DNA of 64,000 nucleotides from positions 149,520 through 213,519 of the forward strand of contig JBAZWC010000002.1 in assembly GCA_041660565.1 (NCBI GenBank), written 5' to 3'. Numbering within the stretch: position 1 is the stretch's first letter; every line of letters starts with the position of its first letter. The notes below the pieces were generated by a model that saw only the letters and a program-made list of their open reading frames with translations, did no database searches and was not told where the DNA came from. Positions 20,648 to 29,521 of the stretch are shown piece after piece. The DNA comes from Patescibacteria group bacterium (lineage in GTDB: Bacteria > Patescibacteriota > UBA1384 > CAJBMM01). A program made the position numbers and the translations under genes.

Positions 20648-22252
20648 GTGCCCAACAACGTCGGTGACAAAATTTTACAGTTAGACCGAGATCAAGAAGA
20701 GGTTCAGGCTAAAATTAAAGCCGAGGCTCTTAAAATGCCGTACATTAATTTGTCCGGACGGCACATTGACGAAAATATTCTAAAACTAATTCCCAAAGAA
20801 CAGATTGAGGGTTTGCAGTGCGTACCGATCGCACTAGCCGGTCACCTTTTAACTGTCGGCGTAGTTGATCCACAAAGCCAGGGTGTGGTAGATGGGTTGA
20901 AAACTCTGCAAGAAATGACCGGCTATCAAATTAAAACCGCACTCGTATCTGCCACCAGTTTTGCTTACGGCAAAAAGTCATACGATCTTCTAGTTAAAAC
21001 CAACGAGGGTGAACGCCCGGTTGTGCTTGATAGTAAAAATCAAGACGAGCTTTTGCAACTATCTGCGCAGCTTAAAAGTGGCAAAGTTGACCGAGAAGTA
21101 ACGGTGTCGGATTTATTTCTGGCGATTATGGCCGAAGCGGTGCAGCAAAAATCATCGGATATTCACTTTGAACCAGATTCAGAAAGCTTAAAAATCCGCT
21201 TCCGCATTGACGGTGTTTTACATTTGGTAATGGAGCGCCCAACCGGCGATTATCACGGTCTGGAATCTCGCATCAAATATCTGGCAAAGATGCCCTTATC
21301 TGCCACCTCAAAGCCGCAGGACGGCCGTTTTACCATCCAAGTGTCAGACGCGGCACTAGATCTCCGCGTAGCCAGTCTGCCCACCGTATACGGCGAGATG
21401 ATGGTAATTAGAATTCTAAATCAAAGCCAAGTAATGCTGCCACTTAGCCAACTGGGCTTAAGGCCAGACCTGGAGCAGATGGCCAGAAGCGCGTTTACCA
21501 AACCGCACGGACTAATTCTAGTTACCGGCCCTACCGGATCTGGTAAAACCACTACCCTGTATGCCATCTTGCAAGAGTTAAACACGCCCGAGCGCAAAAT
21601 TATTACTATTGAAGATCCGGTGGAATATAAAATTGCCGGGCTAGAACAAAGTCAGGTAGATGCCGAGCGTGGCTATGATTTTGTCGATGCTTTGCGCGGC
21701 GCACTGCGCCAAGACCCAGACATTATTATGATCGGTGAAATTCGCGATAAAGAAACCGCCAACATTGGCATCCGTGCCGCTTTAACCGGACACATCGTGT
21801 TAGCTACGTTGCACAGTAACACCGCTCCGGCATCGTACAGTCGATTACTAGAAATGGAAATTGAACCATTTTTGTTTTCCGGCAGCATCAATCTAATTAT
21901 TGCTCAACGATTAGTGCGACTGCTTTGCCCAAACTGCAAAAAGGGGCGCGAAGTCACCAGTCAGGAAGCAAAAACCTTTCAAAAAGAGATTGGCCGCATT
22001 CCCAGCCAAATTTTTGACGCGGTTGGTTGTAGTCAGTGCCGCAATATCGGCTACTCCGGCCGCACCGCAATTTTAGAGGCATTCACACCTAGCCGAGCCA
22101 TCGAGCAAATGGCCATCTTACAGGCATCGGTAGCCGACTTTGAGCAACAGGCGCACAAAGACGGCATGATCACCATGACTCAAGATGGATTATTGAAAGT
22201 AGAACAAGGCATCACCACGATATCAGAGATCTATCGGGTAACGGCTGAATAA
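20648..22252 (+). CDS. pilB: Type IV pilus assembly ATPase PilB (GspE family).
   Basis: 534 aa. Walker A 'GPTGSGKTTT', 'DPDIIMIGEIRD', His box, and the C-terminal tetracysteine 'CPNC...CSQC' typical of PilB/GspE. Confidence 0.85.
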   Translation: MPNNVGDKILQLDRDQEEVQAKIKAEALKMPYINLSGRHIDENILKLIPKEQIEGLQCVPIALAGHLLTVGVVDPQSQGVVDGLKTLQEMTGYQIKTALVSATSFAYGKKSYDLLVKTNEGERPVVLDSKNQDELLQLSAQLKSGKVDREVTVSDLFLAIMAEAVQQKSSDIHFEPDSESLKIRFRIDGVLHLVMERPTGDYHGLESRIKYLAKMPLSATSKPQDGRFTIQVSDAALDLRVASLPTVYGEMMVIRILNQSQVMLPLSQLGLRPDLEQMARSAFTKPHGLILVTGPTGSGKTTTLYAILQELNTPERKIITIEDPVEYKIAGLEQSQVDAERGYDFVDALRGALRQDPDIIMIGEIRDKETANIGIRAALTGHIVLATLHSNTAPASYSRLLEMEIEPFLFSGSINLIIAQRLVRLLCPNCKKGREVTSQEAKTFQKEIGRIPSQIFDAVGCSQCRNIGYSGRTAILEAFTPSRAIEQMAILQASVADFEQQAHKDGMITMTQDGLLKVEQGITTISEIYRVTAE

Positions 22253-22350
22253 AATTCTAAATTCGAAATCCGAAGCACGAAACAAACATCAAGCACAAAA
22301 CCTCAAATTCAAAATTTTTCGAATTTCGAGTTTCGAATTTCGTGCTTAAA
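22253..22350. repeat. About 100-bp AT-rich dispersed intergenic element with inverted 'cgaagcacgaaa/tttcgtgctt' ends, copy A.
   Basis: 'aaattcgaaatccgaagcacgaaacaaa...ttcaaaatttttcgaatttcgagtttcgaatttcgtgcttaaa'. A related copy is at 42141-42262 and a partial one at about 60925-60990. Confidence 0.65.
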
Positions 22351-22356
22351 AGTTAT

Positions 22357-22671
22357 TTACATGAACATTCTGGCGACGGTCTTTTCGATCACGAACGCTA
22401 ACACAATCACAATAATACCAATAACCGCGTTGACAATACCTTGTCGAGCTTTTCCGGCTTTGGCTTCGTCTCCACCGGCAGTAATGTATTGAATACCGGC
22501 AATTAACAGGTAAATAACGGCTAATGCACCGGCGATGAATAGAATATCACCGATAATAATGTCAACCAAAGCGCTGAACGTGTAGTTTCCGGTTAGAGGT
22601 TGTAATGGCGAGAAGTTAGCTGAATACCCTAGGTTCTGTGCATGTGCGGTGGCGATGTGGAATAGTGACAT
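22357..22671 (-). CDS. Two-TM hairpin small protein, VirB2/T4SS-pilin-like (paralog 1 of 5).
   Basis: 104 aa: TM1 - 'GIQYITAGGDEAKAGKARQG' loop - TM2. No class III (type IV pilin) leader. Confidence 0.5.
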   Translation of the reverse strand: MSLFHIATAHAQNLGYSANFSPLQPLTGNYTFSALVDIIIGDILFIAGALAVIYLLIAGIQYITAGGDEAKAGKARQGIVNAVIGIIVIVLAFVIEKTVARMFM

Positions 22672-22694
22672 ATTGTCCCCTTTGTTAATTATTA

Positions 22695-23105
22695 TTAAAG
22701 AGATATTTGATCAGATACTGGAGTTGGTGAGGATGTCGAGGTTGAATCACCTTTGAAAATTCGGGTTGCGGCGGCCTGAATGGCTACTGCCAACAGAATG
22801 ATAACAATTCCAATGATAGCATTCAAGATGGTGTTACGTGCCTTAGTCGCCTTCGACTCGTCGCCGGCCGAGGCAATGTAGCTAATACCTCCCCAAAGCA
22901 GGAAAATAATCGCCACCACGCCACCCACATAAAAAAGAATATTTAACACGGTGTCTATAATGTTGCCAATGCTCCAACCGCTATCTAAAACCGGCACCAA
23001 CTTGGTGTAATATTTAAGGCCACTGCCTAATTCTTTATTAACGTTGGCGTTAATGTCGGTAGCTGCGTGTACAGCAGCGATATGAAACAAATTCGAAAAA
23101 ATCAT
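22695..23105 (-). CDS. Two-TM hairpin small protein, VirB2/T4SS-pilin-like (paralog 2).
   Basis: 136 aa. 'WGGISYIASAGDESKATKARN' loop between two hydrophobic helices. N-terminus 'LFHIAAVHAAT' parallels paralog 1's 'LFHIATAHAQ'. Confidence 0.5.
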   Translation of the reverse strand: MIFSNLFHIAAVHAATDINANVNKELGSGLKYYTKLVPVLDSGWSIGNIIDTVLNILFYVGGVVAIIFLLWGGISYIASAGDESKATKARNTILNAIIGIVIILLAVAIQAAATRIFKGDSTSTSSPTPVSDQISL

Positions 23106-23164
23106 AATAACCTCTCTGATAATAGCTTAGATTAAAAAGCAAATGGTTGTCAAATGGTGTGGCG

Positions 23165-23461
23165 TTATGAAAGAATTCGGCCGATTACTTCTATCATCGT
23201 AAACGACAATATCACAATCATCATTCCAATTAACCCGTTAATGGCTGCTTGGCGGCCCTTTTTGGCTTTAGCTTCATCACCCGCCGAAGAAATATACAAG
23301 ATTCCACCCCAAACAATCGCCACCACCGTTACCACGCCGGCGAGTGTTAATAAAATGTTAATCCCGATAATTGCAAAAGACACCAAATAGCTGCTCGAAC
23401 CATCACCCGGATTCGGTGAGTTAATGGGGGTAAATAATTTGGCTAAAGCGGCTAAATCCAT
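23165..23461 (-). CDS. Two-TM hairpin small protein, VirB2/T4SS-pilin-like (paralog 3).
   Basis: 98 aa. 'WGGILYISSAGDEAKAKKGRQ' loop between two TM helices. Confidence 0.5.
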   Translation of the reverse strand: MDLAALAKLFTPINSPNPGDGSSSYLVSFAIIGINILLTLAGVVTVVAIVWGGILYISSAGDEAKAKKGRQAAINGLIGMMIVILSFTMIEVIGRILS

Positions 23462-23818
23462 TTAATTTCCTAGCGGCGAAACCACGTTCACCGGAATTGG
23501 GTTGATGTTTGATGCGGGCATAATGAATCGCAACACTTCATAGATTATCACATTGGCTAGAATGATAATAATCATCCCGATAAAAATATACAAAATACGC
23601 TTCTTTGCCGTTTCGGCCTTGGCTTCGTTGCCATACGCCGTAAAGTAGGTGATAGACGCCATAATCAATCCGACAAAAGCGGAAACGGCGCCAATCCAAA
23701 TTAGTAGGGTACGAGCATAATCTAAAATGTTTTGTACATCGGACAACGTTAAGCTGGTCGGATCTTTCCCGCCCGTGACAATCTCGATAATAGTTTTTCC
23801 GGTGTTCATTCCTGCCAT
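23462..23818 (-). CDS. Two-TM hairpin small protein, divergent paralog 4.
   Basis: 118 aa. 'ITYFTAYGNEAKAETAKKR' loop between two TM helices. Directly abuts paralog 3. Confidence 0.45.
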   Translation of the reverse strand: MAGMNTGKTIIEIVTGGKDPTSLTLSDVQNILDYARTLLIWIGAVSAFVGLIMASITYFTAYGNEAKAETAKKRILYIFIGMIIIILANVIIYEVLRFIMPASNINPIPVNVVSPLGN

Positions 23819-23849
23819 GTTTCTATCCTAGCATCCTTATTCTAATCAC

Positions 23850-24992
23850 CTATTGAATATAATTTACTAGCCGACTGACTATCGTGATAACGGTTATCGA
23901 AGAAATCATTATCGCCACCCCAATTGACGCCCAAACCAAATTTTTCTTCGCTTTTTCCGCTTTTGCCGCATCTCCAAACGATAATCCGTACTGTATGCCA
24001 CTAACAATGAACGCAATTCCGGCTAGTAAGCTGGCAATAATAATAAACAGGTCAATCACCGTTTTGGCTAGCCAAACAATGATTTCAGAACCGGTTTTGC
24101 CTTTCAGTGTGGATAAATCTGGCACGGAAAATGAAATGGGCGAAAGAGATCCGGAGCCACCTGAGCCTCCAGAATCTGGCGGAGTGACACCATCTTTGCT
24201 GGTGGTTGTCACGGTGTTATCGTTGTTTTTATACGCGATGAAATCTGCCCCCGTCACCAACGATCCGGTTGATCCGGATTGAAAACGGGCGTTTAGGGTG
24301 TGAGCGCCTGCGGCACTGCCCGATGCGTCCCAAGTAAACGTCATCGCTCCACCCGATAGTTTATAATCAGCGGTTTTGTCCACGCCATCAACTAACAAAT
24401 GGAACTGGTTGCCAGAAGTGTAAGCAGTCAAGTTTGATGCCGAAACCGACACTGTCACACTCGCCTGACCCCCGCTAATCCCCGATATTGCCAGATCACT
24501 GGCGTTAGGCACAATCTCGCTACTTGACGCGGCACAACCACCTTTGTAGCTGGCGATCACAAACGAGGTGGTAGCAAGGTCGTTCGTCACACTCGGCAAG
24601 CTGGCCAAACCGGTGCCTCGTAATATTATGGTGATATTTCCGTTAGTAAAGTCTTGATTACCGGCGCACAAATCCCAAGTATACGGAGAGTTAAAAACCT
24701 TGGTTTTGTCGCCACCATGTTTTTTGAATTCAGAACCACCGTTCATAATATACAGATCGTATATATTGTATAAACGTTCCGTTGGGCCTGATACCGAAAT
24801 GGTAATTTGCGGATGACTGCCGCTTTCAAAAGTGTACGACGAAGTACCCAAGGTACTACCGGGGGTTGGTGATAAAGTGATGCTGTAATCAGCCGCGTGA
24901 ACCGGCTTGGCTAGAAAAATGAACGCGAAAAGAAATAAGAAGCTTAAGTTTCTTAAGATACTTAACGTCTTGGAAATTTGTTTATATTTCAT
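23850..24992 (-). CDS. Extended pilin-like surface protein: signal peptide, Ser/Thr/Gly-rich domain, and C-terminal two-TM pilin module.
   Basis: 380 aa. Signal peptide '...FLAKPVHA/ADYS'. About 270 aa rich in S/T/G (GGSGGSGS linker). C-terminus 'VSGIQYGLSFGDAAKAEKAKKN' flanked by two TM helices, the same module as the four upstream paralogs. Confidence 0.5.
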   Translation of the reverse strand: MKYKQISKTLSILRNLSFLFLFAFIFLAKPVHAADYSITLSPTPGSTLGTSSYTFESGSHPQITISVSGPTERLYNIYDLYIMNGGSEFKKHGGDKTKVFNSPYTWDLCAGNQDFTNGNITIILRGTGLASLPSVTNDLATTSFVIASYKGGCAASSSEIVPNASDLAISGISGGQASVTVSVSASNLTAYTSGNQFHLLVDGVDKTADYKLSGGAMTFTWDASGSAAGAHTLNARFQSGSTGSLVTGADFIAYKNNDNTVTTTSKDGVTPPDSGGSGGSGSLSPISFSVPDLSTLKGKTGSEIIVWLAKTVIDLFIIIASLLAGIAFIVSGIQYGLSFGDAAKAEKAKKNLVWASIGVAIMISSITVITIVSRLVNYIQ

Positions 24993-25018
24993 AATTATTT
25001 AAAATTGTGATTTGTTTT

Positions 25019-26392
25019 TCACTTCTGCAACAAATCAGTAACAGTATTGGCGGCGGCATCGATGGATTGCTGCAACGGTTGCCCCTTTAGCACGTTGTTA
25101 ATCATATCGTTAAAGGCCGCAGTTACTTTTTCTGGTGATTTACCTTGTTCCCAAGTAGTAGATGTAGTTACCTGATCGATAAACGGATCTGAAGTTTTGG
25201 GGTTTCGCGGATCTGGCAATAACGCCGAGGTACGCTTGGTGGCATTCAAATAGCTATTGGCGTGTGTGGCAGCATAAGCCAGAAAGTCCCAAGCAGTTGA
25301 TTGATTTCGACTGTTGTTTGTTACGGTCTCGGTCCAATAATTGGCGTAATTAACCGTGGTTGCGCCTTTAACTTGAGGCATATACGTAACTTGATATTGC
25401 AACGTAGGTGCTTGTTGCTTTAAGGTTTGAGCGATGTATTGGTAGCCAATCATCATTGCCAGCTGGCCGTTCTCGAATGCTTGCAGAGCATTAGGCTGGC
25501 TATTGTTCCATGTGTAGTTACTTTTTGCAGGGTTAGAAAAACTGGTATAGAAATCAAGAGCGTTAGTGCCATTATAAATTGGTTTACCGGATGCATCGTT
25601 GACCAGAGTATTAAACCGCGCCGATTTTGTTGGAGTATCAACCATGGTAGTGCCGTTTTGCATCATCAACAGAGACAAAATGTCAGCCGAGAACGACGTA
25701 TTATTAGCGGTGCCAAGCGCAATGCCACCTTGGGTGATGTTGCCACTTGCATCCTTTTTAGTCAAATATGGCAGTTCAGCCAACAGCTCATCCCATGTAC
25801 CCGGGAAATTGCGGAAAAGCGAGTCATCAAAGCTTTGATTATTCGAGTTTGCTTTGCGATAGGCGCTGCGGCCGTTATCCCATAGTTGCTGGTTAACGTA
25901 TAACGCTAAGTTATCTACGTACATTGGCAATCCATAAATCTTACCATCGATAAGATTATCGTTGGACACGATTTTAGCGAACGTTTGACTGTAATAATCT
26001 TGATTGTTACGCGTCTCTTTCTTGGTCTTAAAGAAGTCGTCCGGCATCGTAACCAGCTTATCCAAATCTCGCGGGATCCAGGTGTTGTTAATACTCCAAA
26101 TATCCGGCCCGGTACCGGCCGCCAAAGCATTTATTGTGGCATCTTCGTAATCTGCCAAATCTTTTTTAACATATTTGATAGTAACGTTGGGGTGAGCTTC
26201 TTGATAGTTCTGGATAATCTGAGAATACGTGTAATCTTCATCAAAAGTGCGCCACACGGTTAGCGTAATGTTACCGTTGGTTGTGGGGGTGGTGGTTTTT
26301 GTTTTGCCGCTAGACAACGCAAAAATCACAATAATTACCACAATAATTAGAGCAAATATCGCAATTGCCGCCGCAATCAGTTTGTTGTTCAT
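25019..26392 (-). CDS. Extracellular solute-binding protein (ABC transporter SBP family 1, sugar-type), membrane-anchored orphan.
   Basis: I prefer the internal start MNNKLIAAAIAIFALIIVV (ATG 26390-26392) over the track's 26440. N-terminal anchor, then SBP_bac_1-like features ('WRTFDEDY', 'PDIWSINNTWIP'). No permease or ATPase gene is adjacent. Confidence 0.55.
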   Translation of the reverse strand: MNNKLIAAAIAIFALIIVVIIVIFALSSGKTKTTTPTTNGNITLTVWRTFDEDYTYSQIIQNYQEAHPNVTIKYVKKDLADYEDATINALAAGTGPDIWSINNTWIPRDLDKLVTMPDDFFKTKKETRNNQDYYSQTFAKIVSNDNLIDGKIYGLPMYVDNLALYVNQQLWDNGRSAYRKANSNNQSFDDSLFRNFPGTWDELLAELPYLTKKDASGNITQGGIALGTANNTSFSADILSLLMMQNGTTMVDTPTKSARFNTLVNDASGKPIYNGTNALDFYTSFSNPAKSNYTWNNSQPNALQAFENGQLAMMIGYQYIAQTLKQQAPTLQYQVTYMPQVKGATTVNYANYWTETVTNNSRNQSTAWDFLAYAATHANSYLNATKRTSALLPDPRNPKTSDPFIDQVTTSTTWEQGKSPEKVTAAFNDMINNVLKGQPLQQSIDAAANTVTDLLQK

Positions 26393-26484
26393 CCCACCCC
26401 TTACTCGACTTTGTCGAAAAAATTCTAACCAAACTTCCAATTATCTCAATCCAGCCAATCAGTCCAATCTAGACCGATCGACAT

Positions 26485-27354
26485 TCACAGCTTCCCCAGA
26501 TACTTTCGTAAATCTTCCCCAATATCAGGGCGCTGCAATGCAAATTCTATGTTGGCTTTAATATATTCCAATTTGTTACCACAATCGTAATGACGCCCAT
26601 TTTGGACATCATACGCCAACACACTACCATTCTGCGCTAATTGGTTAATGGCGTCAACTAACCAAATCTCGCCATTTTTACCCGGGGTGATTGATTCTAA
26701 AGCGTCAAAAACCTCAGGATTAAAAACATAACCTCCGACACTAACAGCGTAAGGTGGGATTGCAGACGATCCGGGTTTTTCGATTACCGATTTAAGCTTA
26801 ATCAGTCGATCATCTACTTTTTCCCCAACTGCGATTGCGTACAAATCAGTCACCTTTGGATCTGTGCTTTGGTAAGTCATAATGATATTGGTTTGGTGCT
26901 GATTGTAAGCATCGATTAACTGCTTAATTCTGGGAGGATTTGCCTGAAACAGTTCATCACCCCAAACTACTACAAACGGAGAATCGCCAATAACCGATTT
27001 AGCTTGCAAGACAGCGTGGCCGTTACCTAATTGTTCGCGTTGGCGAATATAAACAAACCGCGCCATATCTGAAATGGCCCGGATTTCTTCGTACTGCTCA
27101 GTTTTTCCCGATCGTTTTAACAACTCTTCTAACTCAAAGTTATAATCAAAATGATCCTCAATCGGGCGCTTGGTACTACCGGTAATCAACACCACTTCTT
27201 CGATGCCCGAAGCAACGGCTTCTTCTACGATGTATTGAATAACCGGTTTATCCACAATCGGCAGCATCTCTTTTGGACTGGCTTTGGTCACCGGCAAGAA
27301 ACGAGTACCGAATCCGGCGGCCGGAATGACAATTTTAGTTACTTTTTTAGCCAT
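26485..27354 (-). CDS. galU: UTP-glucose-1-phosphate uridylyltransferase.
   Basis: 289 aa. 'KIVIPAAGFGTRFLPVTKASPKEMLPIVDKPVIQYIVEEA' is the canonical GalU N-terminus. Confidence 0.85.
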   Translation of the reverse strand: MAKKVTKIVIPAAGFGTRFLPVTKASPKEMLPIVDKPVIQYIVEEAVASGIEEVVLITGSTKRPIEDHFDYNFELEELLKRSGKTEQYEEIRAISDMARFVYIRQREQLGNGHAVLQAKSVIGDSPFVVVWGDELFQANPPRIKQLIDAYNQHQTNIIMTYQSTDPKVTDLYAIAVGEKVDDRLIKLKSVIEKPGSSAIPPYAVSVGGYVFNPEVFDALESITPGKNGEIWLVDAINQLAQNGSVLAYDVQNGRHYDCGNKLEYIKANIEFALQRPDIGEDLRKYLGKL

Positions 27355-27726
27355 TTATCCCGCCTGCACCGTTACAACTTTAGTACGGGAACGCGCGTCT
27401 TTTGGTACAGTAATGGTTAAAATGCCTTCTTTGAGAAGCGCGTTAGCTTTGTCGGCAATCACCAGCGCCGGCAAGGTATATGTGCGTGAAAATGGCCCCC
27501 AGTAGCACTCTTGAACTAAATAATCGCCTGCATCAGCTTGGTTTTGATTATGTCTCTCACCTTTAATGATAATGGTTTCGTCGGTGATAGAGATGTCCAA
27601 ATCTTCGGGACGAACTCCGGCAATCGGGGCTTTTAATACGATGTTCTCGACAGACTGATAAACATCAATGGCCAGTTGGCCGTCTTCGGTGTTTTCTGGG
27701 CTATTTGCTTCCATAAAAACCTCCAC
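27355..27726 (-). CDS. Hsp20/alpha-crystallin small heat-shock protein.
   Basis: 123 aa. 'LAIDVYQ...IVLKAPIAGVRPEDLDISI...GILTITVPK' alpha-crystallin domain pattern. Confidence 0.75.
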   Translation of the reverse strand: MEVFMEANSPENTEDGQLAIDVYQSVENIVLKAPIAGVRPEDLDISITDETIIIKGERHNQNQADAGDYLVQECYWGPFSRTYTLPALVIADKANALLKEGILTITVPKDARSRTKVVTVQAG

Positions 27727-27846
27727 TTCTTACAAATATTATACCTTAAATACAAATATTTTTCACATGTCATTCCCGCGAAGGCGGGAATCCAGTCTAT
27801 AAATAAAATATTCAATCATTTCAAATTTTAAATTTTAAATTGTTTT

Positions 27847-28548
27847 TTATACTCTCGCCACTGTAACACCAACCACTTTTTTTGCTCCGGCGTGCTTTAA
27901 CGCCGCCGCGCAAGCGGATAAAGTTGACCCGGTGGTGGCAATATCGTCGATCAAGAAAACGGTCTGATTTTGCATCTCTAAGCACTCAAAAACACCTTCG
28001 AGATTGTGTAAACGGCCGCGTCGTTGCAGTTTCATTTGGGGGATGGTGTAAACGGTGCGAAACAATCGATTAGATAAAATGGGCAAACCAAACTGATCCG
28101 CAAAAATGCGGGCAATTAAATCACTTTGATTAAAACCACGCCACCACAATCTCTGGCGATAAAGTGGGACTGGCACGATTATACTGTCGGGTTTGATCAA
28201 AGAGTTAAGATCTTTGATAACGGTTTGATTTTGGTTGATGATTTGCTTAAAACTATTTAGTGCATCGACGCGGCCTTCGTATTTGTACTGATGCATTGCT
28301 TCTTTAATTGGCCCTTCGTAATAGGCAAAAGCGAGTAAGTTATCGAGCTCTGAATGCTCGCGACATTTGGGGCAAGTGCGGCCAAGCGAAGATAATTTTT
28401 CACACCTCACGCAGCGCTGTTTAAGCATCAGCGTTATTTGATCAAAACATTTGGGGCAAATAGTCTGGTCTGCCTCACCACACCCTACACACAGCCGCGG
28501 AAACACCGTGTCAACTATGGGCGTGATGATTTTCTCTGCGATTCTCAT
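27847..28548 (-). CDS. comFC: ComF/ComFC-family phosphoribosyltransferase-domain protein.
   Basis: 233 aa. N-terminal double zinc ribbon (CVGC...CPKC; CVRC...CPKC) and C-terminal PRTase motif 'VFLIDDIATTGSTL'. Confidence 0.7.
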   Translation of the reverse strand: MRIAEKIITPIVDTVFPRLCVGCGEADQTICPKCFDQITLMLKQRCVRCEKLSSLGRTCPKCREHSELDNLLAFAYYEGPIKEAMHQYKYEGRVDALNSFKQIINQNQTVIKDLNSLIKPDSIIVPVPLYRQRLWWRGFNQSDLIARIFADQFGLPILSNRLFRTVYTIPQMKLQRRGRLHNLEGVFECLEMQNQTVFLIDDIATTGSTLSACAAALKHAGAKKVVGVTVARV

Positions 28549-28674
28549 AGCTCAATAATACGCTTCACTTTACGGCCAGTGTAGGGGCAATTCACGTTGA
28601 CCGGTAGGTCATCCGATGCGTTAGCTAGGACGGCGCCCGTCTAATTGAAAATATCCATCATTAGTCTAGAATAA

Positions 28675-29061
28675 TTGGTGTCGGAGAGGAAAAATATGAA
28701 TAAATATCAATCACAAATCAAAGATTTTGCCGTCGAACGGGACTGGAGTCAATTCCACAACCCCAAAGACCTACTACTTGGAATCGTAGAAGAGATCGGA
28801 GAAATTAGAAACATTATCAAATGGGAACAAGATCCAGAGACCTTACGCAAAGTGCTAAATGATAACAAGGCGAAGCTAGAAGACGAAATTGGCGATATCT
28901 ATTGGTTTTTGGCTTTACTGGCAAACGGTACAGATATTGATATTGATCAGGCAATTGAGAATGTGATTGCGAACAATAAAAAAAGATTTCCGGTTAAGAA
29001 AGTAAAATCACGCCATACCAACCTGTACCTCGGTGGCTCCGACGGCCAATACGAAAAATAA
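28675..29061 (+). CDS. MazG-like nucleotide pyrophosphohydrolase (small, all-alpha NTP-PPase).
   Basis: 128 aa. 'LLLGIVEEIGEI' and 'EDEIGDIYWFLALLA' are the paired EExxE/D metal-binding helices of the MazG/HisE fold. Confidence 0.6.
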   Translation: MVSERKNMNKYQSQIKDFAVERDWSQFHNPKDLLLGIVEEIGEIRNIIKWEQDPETLRKVLNDNKAKLEDEIGDIYWFLALLANGTDIDIDQAIENVIANNKKRFPVKKVKSRHTNLYLGGSDGQYEK

Positions 29062-29155
29062 CCGAAGCCATCGCAGTTTTTATTGTACATTAGCTCAAAA
29101 AATGTTATTGTAAGTGTGCTGTTAATTGTTAATTGTCAGCCGTTAATAGTTGTAT

Positions 29156-29248
29156 GGAGAGGTACCCAAGTGGCTGAAGGGGCGGGTTTGCTAAACCTGT
29201 AGTAGGCCGTAAGGCTTAGCGAGAGTTCGAATCTCTCCCTCTCCGCCA
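29156..29248 (+). tRNA. tRNA-Ser (anticodon GCT), type II with long variable arm.
   Basis: GGAGAGG acceptor, GCT anticodon in the 'TTGCTAA' loop, long extra arm, GTTCGAATC T-loop, G73 discriminator, encoded CCA. Confidence 0.85.
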
Positions 29249-29350
29249 TCCTTCGCTAACGCTTCGGAATGGCAAGCCATTTTGGAGCGATTAGTGAAGG
29301 AAAAGGAGAATTGGTATTCCGTAGCATTTGCGTAGGATACCTCTCCGCCA
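29239..29350. repeat. 112-bp perfect inverted repeat, left arm: tRNA-Ser 3' end plus 92-nt trailer plus a second copy of the 10-nt tRNA 3' end.
   Basis: 29239-29350 is the exact reverse complement of 30662-30773. Both arms begin and end with 'ctctccgcca' (the tRNA-Ser 3' end). Confidence 0.85.
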
Positions 29351-29391
29351 CGCTTAGCGTGGCATTTGGGACGCTCAGCGTCCCGCCATAT

Positions 29392-29467
29392 GTGCCTGTA
29401 GCTCAGTGGATAGAGCGTCAGATTGCGGATCTGAAGGTCGGAGGTTCAAGTCCTCCCAGGCATACCA
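29392..29467 (+). tRNA. tRNA-Arg (anticodon GCG as read).
   Basis: GTGCCTG acceptor (G1:U72), 'TAGCTCAGTGGATAGAGCG' D-arm typical of tRNA-Arg, anticodon loop 'TTGCGGA', GGTTCAAGTCC T-arm, encoded CCA. Confidence 0.75.
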
Positions 29468-29521
29468 AGCCAAAATTTCAAATTTTAAATTCTAAATTTT
29501 AAAACATTAAGGAAGCTCTTA

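Noticed and set aside
22357-23818. Considered annotating the small two-TM proteins as type IV pilins because they neighbour pilB.
   Set aside because: None has the class III prepilin leader or the conserved Glu5. Their TM-loop-TM hairpin with a charged conserved loop fits VirB2/T4SS-pilin architecture better.
27633-27815. 60-aa minus-strand ORF in the hsp20-comF spacer, and the 'cattcccgcgaaggcgggaatc' hairpin as a CIRCE-like heat-shock operator.
   Set aside because: The ORF is a low-complexity AT-rich frame over a hairpin. The hairpin does not match the CIRCE consensus (TTAGCACTC-N9-GAGTGCTAA). It is more likely a terminator-like stem for comF or a generic structure.
29269-29502. 77-aa plus-strand ORF between the two tRNAs.
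   Set aside because: It spans the inverted-repeat left arm and the whole tRNA-Arg gene. This is a spurious frame over structural RNA and repeat DNA.
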